DNA from: Octopus vulgaris
Taxonomy: Eukaryota
NCBI GenBank assembly: GCA_951406725.2
Contig: OX597821.1
Coordinates: forward strand, 49,600,001 to 49,664,000
DNA: 64,000 nucleotides
Reading direction: 5' to 3'
Below the pieces are notes generated by a model, which was not told the DNA's origin, did not search any database, and saw only the letters and a program-made list of their open reading frames with translations. Below are positions 52,126-63,434 of this stretch, piece by piece. The stretch's first letter is position 1. Every line of letters begins with the position of its first letter. The position numbers and the translations under genes are program-made.

Positions 52126-52221
52126 AAAGAGATTGATCCAGTTGAAATTGAAAGTACCTTATATATAAACACACACACACACATATAAATATATATACTC
52201 ACATACAATATATAAACATAG

Positions 52222-52862
52222 ATATGGACAGCTGTGTGAAGAAGTGCCGATCTCTAACAGTGGAGAGAAGCTGTGGAAGAGGGAGACCCAGGAAGACATG
52301 AGATGAAGTGGTGAAGCATGATCTTCGAACATTGGGCCTCATGGATGCAATGACTAGTGACTGTGATATTTGGCAATATGTCATGCCTGAGAAGACCCAT
52401 CAAACCAAATGAAATCATAGTTGTGGCTGTTGTTGGTGTCATGTAACTGATACCTGTGCCGGAGGCATGTAAAAAGCACCTTTTGAGTGTTGGGTCTCAC
52501 AGAGGCAATGTGGCCGATGCCAGTGTCACATAGCTAGCACCCCTGCTGGTAGCACATAAAAAGCACCTTTCGAGCATTGGGCCTCATGGAGACAATTGCA
52601 AATGACTGAGACTTTTGGCAATATGCTTTGCTTGAGAAGAAGACCCTTCAACAAGTGAAATCATAGTCATGGAAGATACTGGTGTCACGCAAAAGCACCC
52701 ATTACATTCTCAGAGTGGTTGACATTAGAAAGGGTATCAAGCTGTAGAAACCATGCCAAATCAGACTGGAGTTTAGTGCAGCCCCTCAGCTTACCAACCC
52801 TGCTCAAACAGTCCAACCCATGCTAGCATGGACAATGGACATTAAATGATGATGATGATGAT
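52222..52862 (+). mobile_element. RTE LINE 3' end
   Basis: GRGRPRKT, a repeat-containing 3' UTR and ggacattaaat(gat)n. Confidence 0.85.
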
Positions 52863-53223
52863 ATATACTCACATATATATATAAATGTGAATGTATGTGG
52901 TTATGTATGAGTGTTTAACGTAAAAAGGCTCTGAAACAGTGAATCCTTGAGAAAAACAAATTTGATTTTTGAATTCTGCATCCCACAGACAATGTTGTTC
53001 ATAAATAACAAAAAAATAAAAAAAATTTTCTATGAGAAATAACTCTAGAACCCCAACTCTCCCACTCTCTATCACCATCAAACTATCTCTCTATATTTAC
53101 TATACTCTTTGACACTCTGTGTATGTATTAACTCTCCCACAATGTTGTTCGTAAATAATAATAAAAAAAAACAATTTTCTATGAGAAATAACTCAACTTT
53201 GGAACCACAACTCTCCCACTCTC

Positions 53224-53616
53224 GGATCTTTTCGGTTTGAACGGCAGTTTTTAACATAATTTCTAGGTAACTAAAAAATTTTAAACTTCGTATACTGGTA
53301 GAATGTGTTTATAAAACATCTTTTTCTCTTGGCTTTATTGAGAAAATTCTACAGTTTGTAAGATATTTGATGTTTTTTTCTTCAATTTCTGCAATGACAT
53401 CCATTGGGGTAAAAAACATTGTGCTGTATGAATATGTCCCTCGTTTAAGAAACAGATTGGGTTTATTTACATTTGTGAAGAAAAAAAGATACCCTTCCCC
53501 CACCCCTAACCCTAAAAGAGATAGAAATGCAATAGATCGATACTAGGGGCATAATTATGGGTGACAATTTCATATGACACCGCTAGAAAAAACTGCTGCT
53601 CAAACCGAAAAGATCC
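53224..53616. mobile_element. GGATCTTTTCGG MITE with a perfect 8-bp TSD, in one copy of a local tandem duplication
   Basis: ccactctc[ggatcttttcggtttg...caaaccgaaaagatcc]ccactctc. The empty site is visible in the duplicate at about 53050-53120. Confidence 0.92.
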
Positions 53617-54329
53617 CCACTCTCTATCACCATCAAGCCATCTCTTTATATTTAGTACACTCTTTGACACTCACTCTCTTTGTGTATGTATTAACTCTCA
53701 AGCATAACTTTCATTTTCTTTAAAACATCTTCTAATGTTTACTTCCATTTTATCACAGCTGTCACATACAAAAATCCTATTTTCTGATTGGGTAAAAATG
53801 ATCAAACTTTAACCTCTGTAACATTTAAAAAAAAAAAATTTTCTGGAATAAATGAATTAAAAACACGCATCCATCCTGAAAAAGTATATTAATATACCAA
53901 ATTTCAAAACTTACACTTAATTTTAAAATTTTGAAATCTGTGACAAAGACAGTAAAGATCTCATTCTCTCTCTCTCACATTTGTCTATTTCTTTCACTCT
54001 CCCACTCTTCAAAATTATATCACTCACACTGTGTGTGTTTGTCAGTGTATGTATGCATGTGTGTAAAGAATTTCAGTAAGGTGACAGAGTGAGTTAAAAA
54101 AATACAAACATATGTAAAAGATAATTTATTTTAATAGTATACTTTTCTGTAAGTTTTTTCTTACACACATACACATAGACTCACTTGATGCAGGGTGAGG
54201 CTAAGGTTTTAAATAATTTTTTTTGTGGCTGTTGCTTATATCCCAGCAATAGACCACCACATCATCATTCCAGTAAATGTGTTCATAAGGAGAAAAATAT
54301 TGGGAAACATAAATACATGGGTGTTTTTT

Positions 54330-55275
54330 ATAACCATTTCATGGTACATCATAATGAAGTATCAGAAGTACTTGGTGTTGCTTACAATCAGTTTCATTGA
54401 CGCAGAACAAGTCTCATATCATACAGTGTAGTGACTAAATTGGTTGTACTTGAGATACTGTGTATGATAATAAAACAGTTACAGCAGCTCCTTACCAAAC
54501 TACAACTGAGATTAACCTTATTTTAAATACTCTGTGATATTATAATGGGTACAGCAGCTACTTGTAGCTTCTCACAAAACTACAACAGAAACGAAACCTC
54601 TCATCTACAAAGGTTTAAAGTTGACAGTCTCTCTCAAACCTAGTATTTACCTGTCATATTGCAGTCTTAGCAATATTTACTTACAATAATTGGCATTGGT
54701 GCTGGTAGAGTTGAACTTAATAGCTGTAGCAAATAAACAAATATTGTGTTGCTATGCAACCAGCATCCACAAATGAAGGTTATTATAAATCAGCAAATAC
54801 TGAAAATATCAAAACATCCATCTATCTGCAGAATTCTACTGAATCAATATGGCCATTATCACTAAAACCAAGCTACTAAAATGTTCTGACATCCAGTGTT
54901 TCAAGATATAAGAGCCACTTCCCTTAAGTTTGTAGTTATGAATGGAGACAATATTATGAAGCAATATTTTGAAGGCCGATCTCAAGTACTAAGCTTTACA
55001 AAGGAGATGACTAACAACTGAGATAATTGACACAATGCTGTACCTAAGACCTGTCTTTCACAGTAGAATTGATACCAGTGATGGTGCCACATTAAAAGCA
55101 CAAGGTAAACTCTATGGAGTGGTTGGCATCAGGAAAAGCATCCATGCCAGAACAGGCAATGGAGCCTGGAGCAGCTCTGGGCTTTACCAGCTACAGTTAA
55201 ATCATCCAATCTATGCCAATATGGAAAATGGACGTTGAATGATGATAATGATTTTATTAGTGTTTTCACTGGTAA
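54330..55275 (-). repeat. Right arm of the inverted duplication: 3' flank or UTR of ZNF-B, with a copy-specific RTE-tail-like insert at about 54971-55250
   Basis: Reverse complement of 37483-38130. The insert splits aatattttattttagtg. Confidence 0.88.
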
Positions 55276-55289
55276 TTAATGTTAAAAAA

Positions 55290-55984
55290 ATATTTCCCTT
55301 TTCCAGAATACTCCATTCAACAAATGGATAAATCTCATAAATAGTTATGAGATTTTAATTTCCATAAGAAAACAAATCTTTTGTCACAAATTTCAGTGAC
55401 AAGATTTTACACAAATCTCTCAGTAATTAGTTGGTTTTACTATTCAAGAGAATGTTGCCAACAAATTCTTCTCAATATTTTCCATCTCTATATGTATTTA
55501 TGTTTAACAACATGTTCTTTGAATGAGAATCATTTTCCACAAATTTTACATCTGTAAAGTTTTCCTCCTTTATTTTCCCAGTCATGATTAATAAGAAACT
55601 TTAATGATAAATAACAGTGAATAGATCTTCTTTCAGGGTGTATTTGTGGATATATTAGTCGATTACAAGACTAGAAATATTTCACAATGATAATTTTTGT
55701 CTCCAGTCTGTATTCAACTCTGGATTAAAAATGTAGACTTACTTATTCCTAAAGGACTCCTCACATATTCTAAACTAATATAGTTCTATGCCGAGTGTTT
55801 ATTAATTTAGCAACTTCTTGAAGATCACAATTCATAAATATTTAAGTCAAAGGGTGTTTTTCAGAGCATACATGTGTACACAAAAACATTATAATTTGAA
55901 GACAATGATTTCTGACATAATTCACTGTGACCAATGTGGGTATATTGATGGACTATAAATTTAGATTTACAAAGGAACGATTTC
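55290..55984 (-). pseudogene. Eroded C2H2 finger repeats downstream of the ZNF-B stop
   Basis: Out-of-frame remnants EKSFLCKSKFIV-HQYTHIG, TGDKNYHCEI and KLYRCKICGK*FS. Confidence 0.75.
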
Positions 55985-57994
55985 TCATGTTTCATACTTA
56001 AAAGATTTCCCTCTTGTGTGTATTTGTTGGTGCCTTTTTAAGAGAGTGTAAGTGATAAAGGATTTACCACAGACTTTGCAGTTGTATGGTTTCTCTCCGC
56101 TGTGGATTCGTTTGTGCCTGTTTAAATCACTATTATTAACAAAAGATTTCTCACACATTTCACAATGACAAGGTTTTTCTCCTGTGTGCCTACGTTTGTG
56201 GCTTAATAGATCAGAATTCCGAGAGAAGGATTTGCCACACATTTCACAAAGATAACACTTTTCTTCTGGGTGTATTTGCTCATGATATTTTAAATCCTCA
56301 TTTTTAAGAAAAGATTGCCTGTAATTTTCACTGAGGTAAGGTTTCTCTTTACAGTTCTTTTGTTTGTGGAATACAAGTAAAGAATTCAAATGAAATGATT
56401 CCCCACATATTTCACAGCGGAAGAGTTGTTCGCCAGTGTGGATTCGTGCGTGGCTTTTTAAATCACTATTATTCACAAATGATTCCTCACATATTTCACA
56501 GCAGTATGGTTGTTTTCCAGTGTGCCTACGTTTGTGGACTGTAAGCTTAAATTTTTCAATAAAAGATTTCCCACAAATATCACAATGGAATGGATTTTCT
56601 CCACTGTGGATTCGTTTGTGTCTTGTCAAGTTACTTTTATAGACAAAGCATTTACTACATATTTCACACTGATAAGGTTTTTCCCCACTGTGGATTCTTC
56701 TGTGAACTGCTAGACTAGAATTAACAGAAAATGATTTTTCGCATATTTCACAGTGATAGGGCTTTTCTCCACTGTGGATTCGTTCATGACTTTTTAAATC
56801 ACTTTTATTCACGAAAGATTTTCCACATATTTCACAACTATATGGTTTTTCTCCTGTGTGTCTTCGTTTATGGATTGTAAGCTTGGAACTTTCAATGAAA
56901 GATTTCCCGCACATTTCACAACTAAATGGTTTTTCCCCAGTATGTCTACGTTTGTGTATAACAAGATTCAAATTATCACTGAAACACTTGCCACACATTT
57001 CACAACGAAATGGTTTCTCTCCACTGTGTGTCCTTTTGTGATTTATTAAACTACTGTTAGACACCAAAGATTTCCCACACACATCACACTGATAAGGTTT
57101 TTCTCCTGTATGACAACGAATATGAATGACAAGATGAGAATTTTGAGAGAATGATTTCTTACATATTTCACAGTGAAACGGTTTTTCTCCTGTATGTCTA
57201 CGTTTGTGTATAACAAGATTTAAATTATCGGTGAAAGATTTCCCGCATATTTCACAACGATATGGCTTTATTCCAGCGTGTATCCTTTTGTGACTTGCCA
57301 AACTACTGTTAGAGACCGTTGATTTACCACAAATATCACAATGGAAGGGTTTTTCTCCAGTGTGGCTACGTATGTGGACAACAAGGTGAGAATTCTGAGA
57401 GAAAGATTTCCCACAGATTTCACAGTGAAACGGTTTTTCTCCTGTGTGACTACGTTTGTGGATAATAAGTTTCCAATTATCAATGAAAGATTTCGCACAC
57501 AAATCGCACTGAAAAAGTTTTTCGCCAGTGTGTATTTTTTTGTGTCCTTTTAAATTACTATTATTGACAAAAGATTTCCCGCATATATCGCAACTATACG
57601 GTTTTTCTCCAGTGTGACTACGTATGTGGATAACAAGATTCGAATTATTAACGAAAGGTTTCCCACAGATTTCACAGTGAAACAGTTTTTCTCCAGTGTG
57701 TATTCTGGTGTGTTTGGTTAAATTTCTGTTAGATACAAAATATTTCCCGCATATTTCACAGTGGAATGGTTTTTCCTTATTATGTATTTTTTTGTGAGCG
57801 AACATTTCATGTTCTGAAGGGAATGTTTTCTTACAAACCTCACAGCGATATTTAGCAACGTTTCTGTTTACTGATGTTTGTTTAGTAAATGTTTCACTAG
57901 GTAAAAGTTTCTCACCACTGGCTGTCTGTGTAATTGAGTCTACATTGTTAAAAACAGTTGTGTTAGAAGTGTCCAACTCATTAATGCCTTCCAT
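55985..57994 (-). CDS. Poly-C2H2 zinc-finger protein, 22 units of which 20 are canonical (ZNF-B), paralog of ZNF-A
   Basis: Intact 669-aa ORF. The N-terminal 76 aa differ from ZNF-A at 18 positions. Units 18-19 lack zinc ligands. Confidence 0.95.
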   Translation of the reverse strand: MEGINELDTSNTTVFNNVDSITQTASGEKLLPSETFTKQTSVNRNVAKYRCEVCKKTFPSEHEMFAHKKIHNKEKPFHCEICGKYFVSNRNLTKHTRIHTGEKLFHCEICGKPFVNNSNLVIHIRSHTGEKPYSCDICGKSFVNNSNLKGHKKIHTGEKLFQCDLCAKSFIDNWKLIIHKRSHTGEKPFHCEICGKSFSQNSHLVVHIRSHTGEKPFHCDICGKSTVSNSSLASHKRIHAGIKPYRCEICGKSFTDNLNLVIHKRRHTGEKPFHCEICKKSFSQNSHLVIHIRCHTGEKPYQCDVCGKSLVSNSSLINHKRTHSGEKPFRCEMCGKCFSDNLNLVIHKRRHTGEKPFSCEMCGKSFIESSKLTIHKRRHTGEKPYSCEICGKSFVNKSDLKSHERIHSGEKPYHCEICEKSFSVNSSLAVHRRIHSGEKPYQCEICSKCFVYKSNLTRHKRIHSGENPFHCDICGKSFIEKFKLTVHKRRHTGKQPYCCEICEESFVNNSDLKSHARIHTGEQLFRCEICGESFHLNSLLVFHKQKNCKEKPYLSENYRQSFLKNEDLKYHEQIHPEEKCYLCEMCGKSFSRNSDLLSHKRRHTGEKPCHCEMCEKSFVNNSDLNRHKRIHSGEKPYNCKVCGKSFITYTLLKRHQQIHTRGKSFKYET

Positions 57995-58382
57995 TCTTGA
58001 AGAATTCTTAAAAACTGAGAAATGTCTGTTACTATGTTTTATGATTCAGATTTTGGCTTGGATATTATGGACTTCCGTTTACATGATATGATTAAAATAA
58101 ATGACTATAAATAATTATAATAATACTAGTTTCAAATTTTGGCAACAAACACACGAAGTAAACGGTGTTACTGATAATTTTTAACTTCTTTTGAATCACA
58201 CCGGTGACATACAGAAGAGTTTCCTAACAATTTAATACATTCAGAAATACTGTCCGTAATATCAATTTACAATTTAATCAAACATTGGTCAAACAAAAAC
58301 ATCATCCGACAAAATAAACTGTTATGTTACTGAGGAAACGTCAGCGTGATCCTTCGATTGAGGAAACAGCGGTCAATATACA

Positions 58383-59285
58383 GTTTAAGATCCGATCACG
58401 AAAAAAAAAAAAGCCAGCATACTTAGGTGTAAAAAATGTGTAGAAAACGAATATGAAAAAAATTTGCGCAAACGAACGGGGTGTGGGTGGGGAGAGGACT
58501 GTCGGAAAATTCCCAAGATCCGATTTTTCCTCATAACTTTAAGGAAAATGGATATATATTGATGAAATTTTATAGAAATACCGTTCAAATGGCACAGATT
58601 ACGATTAAAAAGAAATTTTTGGGAAAAATGTTTTCCGAAAGGGTGGGGGAGAGGATTTCGGAAAATTCACACGATTTGATTGATTGATTGATTCTAGTTT
58701 CAGCTCACGAGCTGTGGCCATGCTTGGGCACCGCCATTTGGTGTTGCTACATGGTTTTACTTCACGAATGCTTTTTAGCAACTGCCATTTGGTGCATGAG
58801 AGAGTTCGATGCAGCTGCCCTCATCTGCACCTCCTGTCGTGAAGTTGGTTCATCTGAGACACCTGACAGGAAGAGATCCAGTTTCATTTTAAAGACATCT
58901 GCATCCACCCCATGCAGGTCTCTTAGGTTCTTCGGGAGGATATTGAAGAGCTGTGGGCCTCGGAAGCCCAGGCTATCACAGTATCTTGTCCTACATCTTG
59001 ATGGCAAATTTGGAGTCCTTGGCACCACGCAGTGGCGCCCAGTTCTGGCATTTGTGTAACGATCCGATTTTTTCCTTCATAACTTTCAGGAAAGTGAATA
59101 GCTTTTGATGAAATTTTACAGAAACACCTTTCAAACGGCATAGATTGTAATTATAAAGAAATTTGCGGGGAAAATGTTTTCCTGGAAGTTATGAGGGAAA
59201 AAAATTGGACCGTGTGAATTTTCAGAAACTTCTCTCCCCACCCACCCTCCGTTCGTTTGCACAATTTTTTGTTTATATATTTGTT
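58383..59285. repeat. Unclassified interspersed repeat (29270 family) interrupted by a LINE
   Basis: gatccgatttttcctcataactttaaggaaaatggata units. Confidence 0.75.
58676..59058 (-). mobile_element. CR1-like LINE 3' end with (ATCA)n tail and a short acgat duplication
   Basis: SLGFRGPQLFNILPKNLR...FKMKLDLFLSGVSDEP; tail ttgattgattgattgatt. Confidence 0.8.
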
Positions 59286-59862
59286 GGATCTTTACCTTTT
59301 GACCTACAGATTTAAAAAATAATTTTTTGTAACTAAACACTTTCAAACTTTGGACATTAGTAGAATGTGTCATATAAAACATCTTTTACTCTTAGCATTT
59401 TTGAGAAAAACTTATATTTACAAAGTTATTTCACGTCAAAGTAGTCCTCAGCTGAATAAAATTACTGCCGTTGTTTGTCAACAACAACTATCGGCGGTGT
59501 ATATTTCGCTTGTCACTGTTATTTATGACATCGCTTGTGCGTTTGTACTGGTTTTAGCTTTAAGGTTTTAGGGTTAGAGTTGTCATAAATAACAGTCACA
59601 AACGAAATATGCACCGCCGGAATTTCTTGTTGACAAACAACAGCAATAATTTTATTCAGCTGAATACACGTCATTGATTGGTTGAAATTACCGAAATAGG
59701 ACAACGTTAACGCGAAATAACTTCGTAAATATAAATTTTTCTCGAAAATACTAAGAGTAAAAGATGTTATATATGACACATTCTACCACTGTCCGAAGTT
59801 TGAAAGTGTTTAGTTGCAAAAAATTATATTTTTTTAATCTGTAGGTCAAAAGGTAAAGATCC
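59286..59862. mobile_element. 577-bp fold-back MITE with GGATCTTTACC termini and long TIRs
   Basis: ggatctttaccttttgacctacagatt...aatctgtaggtcaaaaggtaaagatcc. Arms are complementary over more than 150 bp. No clean TSD. Confidence 0.88.
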
Positions 59863-60330
59863 AATTTCCTCACAAATTTCTTTATAGTCGTAATCTATGC
59901 CATTTGAAAGGTATTTGTCAAGACTTCCTTTTGTACCTCCCACCCCACATTTTTTCTGAGGGGAGGAAGTCTTTCTTTTCCGAAAGTCCTCTCCCTACTC
60001 CTCAGTGCAAATTTTTTCTTTCATATTCCTTTAATACATATTTCTTTTTACACCTATTGCACCTGTTCTTTTTTTTTTTTTTGTGACCGAGAGTTAAAGT
60101 AAACATTAACTCAAATTTCTTTATAATCGTATTCTATGCTGTTTGAAAGGTATTTATATAAAATTTCAGTAAAAGATATCCATTTTCCTATAAGTTATGA
60201 GAGAAAAAAATTCCTCACCCCTTTGGAAAACATTTTCCCCACAAATTTCTTTATAATCGTAATCTATGCTGCTTGAAACGGATTTATATAAATTTCAATA
60301 AAAGATATCCATTTTCCTAAAAGTTATGAG
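59863..60330. repeat. Unclassified interspersed repeat (29270 family)
   Basis: Repeated cacaaatttctttataatcgtaatctatgc...atatccattttcct units. Confidence 0.7.
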
Positions 60331-60494
60331 GTGGGGGGGGGGGCAGAAACAATCGACGGTGGGGAGTGGGGTTGAAAAAAAATCATATATTTTCAAATTT
60401 TTCTTTTATAGCATAAATGTGTTTATGGAAAGAAAAATACTGAAAAACATCAATAAATATAGGCGCAGGAATGGATGTGTGGTAAGTAGCTTGA

Positions 60495-61445
60495 AAAAGA
60501 GTTGGCAGATATTTTGCCAACTATTAAGTTTATTGCCAGGAGTGTCAAGTATGCAACGGTGTGGTTGCTATTTGACACCTCTGAGGAGGCTCGCAATATC
60601 GCGAGTAGCCCTTAGAAGGGCAAAAGATTCTGTTTCTTCCCACATATTGTGGGAAGAAATTAACAAGAGCTTGGGTCTGTGGGCTACCACCCAGGATAGA
60701 ACCCGAGTGGATCGAAGACACTATCTGCCGGGGTCTGGGTGGCAGCGGAGCCAGGCTCCTAAATGTTAAAATTCAGCCTGCAGCTGATTGGGTGGGGTCA
60801 AAAGCGATTTTGACCCTGTGGACCCAATCAGCCAATAAGCTGGTTTTCCCAGATTTTTTTAGAATGGCCGGTTCTATGTATCCGGTGATTCTTGAGGGAC
60901 GCCCCCGCCACCAAGTGTCACCTGTGCCTGAAACCAGGTCACATTAAAAAGAACTGTCCCCAGGACCAAGGTAAAGTCCTGGAGCAGTTAATAAAAGTAG
61001 CAGCCCCCCCCATTGGAGGGAGAGATGGAGGCAGTCGAGGAGGTGGAGACCTCCTCGAAAAAAGGAGAAAAAAGAAAGGTAGGCAACAATGGTTGCCCAC
61101 CGAATGACCCTAAAGCTGCGGGGGGGGGGGAAGGAACATCCTCCGGATAAAGCAGAGGTACTACACCCCCCGTAGCAAAGGGGAGAAAAACAAAAAATAA
61201 AAATATAAAGAACGGGACATTGCCGACGGTTGATGGTACACTGCGGCATGCCCTGAAACCTCGTCGGTGGGAGGTGTGCTGCCGATAGAGGAAACTGTGA
61301 CCCCTCCCAGAGCGAGGAGAGATGATTTTGTTATCTTCTACCATAAGGGTGGGGCAATACAGAGCTTCTTAAAGAAGCTAGAGGACCGGAGGGAGGAGCT
61401 CATGTCCTGGACTGAAGATCCGAAAGTTTATAGAGAACCTTGAAT
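60495..61445 (+). mobile_element. Gag-like/ORF1 remnant with a CCHC zinc knuckle (probably Tx1-type LINE ORF1)
   Basis: CHLCLKPGHIKKNC followed by Lys/Arg-rich low-complexity sequence; frameshifted. Confidence 0.6.
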
Positions 61446-61669
61446 TATATCATTTCTTCTGAAATTGTATTTTATTCAAAACCATTTTTGTTTTCTTCTA
61501 ACCACAAATTTTAATCTGAAAATTTTCAAATCATGTACTTTTGATGGAGTTTCGAATACTGGTAACGAATTTTTTGGCTATCCTTCGATATGACTCGCAG
61601 AAATGCCAAACTGGAATAGCTGATCCATCAGCTAAGGTACAGAGAGGTAATTTCTACTCTTCTCCTCTG

Positions 61670-61846
61670 GAAGCCATCTACTCGCAATACCAGAGGGCGC
61701 ACACTCTCCTACCCTGATGTAATCTCCAGGGATACAGGCATCCAGCAACAGGACCTCCGTAATGCCATGATGGACCGTGAAGTCTGGCGTAGCATGGTAA
61801 ATTCCATTGTCTCGACCACGGTCGAACAATGATGATGATGATGATG
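61670..61846 (+). mobile_element. RTE-type LINE 3' end
   Basis: LLWKP...LSYPDVI...AMMDREVWR, a gaccacggtc stem and a (GAT)n tail. Confidence 0.75.
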
Positions 61847-62058
61847 TAAATTCCGTAAAATTTATTTATTTTCGTGACAGGATGTGTACATTTCCTTTGA
61901 TGTCAGCATAAAGTGAAAGAGAGAGAGAAAATGGACAGGGACGTGTGTTTGTGTTGGTGGGGGGTGCGAGACAGAAAGTGTGTTGTCTGTGTTAGTGTGT
62001 GAGAGAGAGAGAGAGAGCGGGGAGGTGTGTGTGAGGGAGGAAGAGAGTGTCAACGTAC

Positions 62059-62214
62059 CAGGAGTGGCTGTGTGGTAAGTAGCTTGCTAACCAACCACAT
62101 GGTTATGGGTTCAGTCCCACTGCGTGGCATCTTGGGCAAGTGTCTTCTGCTATAGCCCCGGGCCGACCAATGCCTTGTGAGTGGATTTGGTAGACGGAAA
62201 CTGTCGTATATATG

Positions 62215-62245
<31 letters not shown>

Positions 62246-62440
62246 TTGTCCCCCTAGCATTGCTTGACAACCGATGCTGGTGTGTTTACGTCCCCGTCAC
62301 TTAGCGGTTCGGCAAAAGAGACCGATAGAATAAGTACTGGGCTTACCAAGAATAAGTCCCGGGGTCGATTTGCTCGACTAAAGGCGGTGCTCCAGCATGG
62401 CCGCAGTCAAATGACTGAAACAAGTAACAGAGTAACAGAG
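62059..62440 (+). mobile_element. Full-length cephalopod-type tRNA-derived SINE (CpG-intact, probably young)
   Basis: aggagtggctgtgtggtaag...gggttcagtcccactgcg...aaatgactgaaacaagtaacagagtaacagagt. Confidence 0.92.
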
Positions 62441-62853
62441 TATATTTCTCGGATCTTTTTTGAGTGAGTGATTGACTGAGAGTGAGAGTGATAGCGTAAA
62501 TTTTATTTATTTACTTTTTCTCGCATCTTTTTTTAGTGTTTTTAGATCTTTTGTTTGACTGAGAGAGTGGTGTGTCTTGCTCCGCGTGTGTGTGAGTGAG
62601 AGAGAGGGAGAGGGAGAGAGTGAAACGTAAAAGATGCGAGAAAAACTAACTAAATAAAAAAAAATTTACGTTATCACTCTCCCCTCCTTTCTCACTCACA
62701 CACACACATACACACAGAGCAAGACATTACCTCTCTTTCTGACAATACACCTCTCTCTTTCTCTCTCTCAGTCAAACACGTTCACTAAAAAAAGATGCTA
62801 GAAAAAGTAAATAAAATTTACGCTATCACTCTCTCCCTCACACCACATCACTC

Positions 62854-63434
62854 GGAACTCTTCGGTTTGAACGGCAGTTTTTTCTAGCGGTGTCATATGA
62901 AATTGTCACCCGTAATTATAACCCTAGTATCGATCTATTGCATTTCAATCTGTTTTAGGGTTAGGATTAGTTAGGGGTGGGGGGAAGGGTATCTTTTTTC
63001 TTCAGAAATCTAAATAAACCCAATCTGTTTCTTAAACGAGCGACATATTCGGCGAACCTTCGGTATATGTACCGGTGTAAGTACCGGATACATTTCAAAA
63101 AAGTGTTGTTTTTTTTATATATGGGGCGTTAGGGTTAGGGGCGGGAGAAAAGGGTTTCTGTTATCTTCAGAAATGTAAACAAAGTCACGTGTGTACATAT
63201 ACCGAAGCATCGCCACATATTAATACGGCACAGAATGTTTTCACCTTCAATAGACGTCATTGATTGGTTCAAATTGCAGGAAAAAACAACAAATATCTTA
63301 CAAACCATAGAATTTTCTCAATAAAGCCAAAAGAAAAAGGTTTTATAAACACATTCTACCAGTATACGAAGTTTAAAAGTGTTTAGTTACGTGGAAATTA
63401 TTTAAAAAAATTGCCGTTCAAACCGAAAAGATCC
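62854..63434. mobile_element. GGATC-family MITE carrying a nested GGCGA MITE
   Basis: Collinear with 36804-37226 apart from the 63051-63214 insert. Confidence 0.88.
63051..63214. mobile_element. 164-bp GGCGA...TCGCC MITE with 8-bp TSD
   Basis: acatattc[ggcgaaccttcggtatatgtac...gtacatataccgaagcatcgcc]acatatta. The empty site gacatattcatacgg is at about 36993. Confidence 0.9.

Noticed and set aside
62059-62135. tRNA gene (also at 6816, 9405 and 51000)
   Set aside because: These are tRNA-derived SINE heads that run into SINE bodies or are degenerate; none forms a full cloverleaf.
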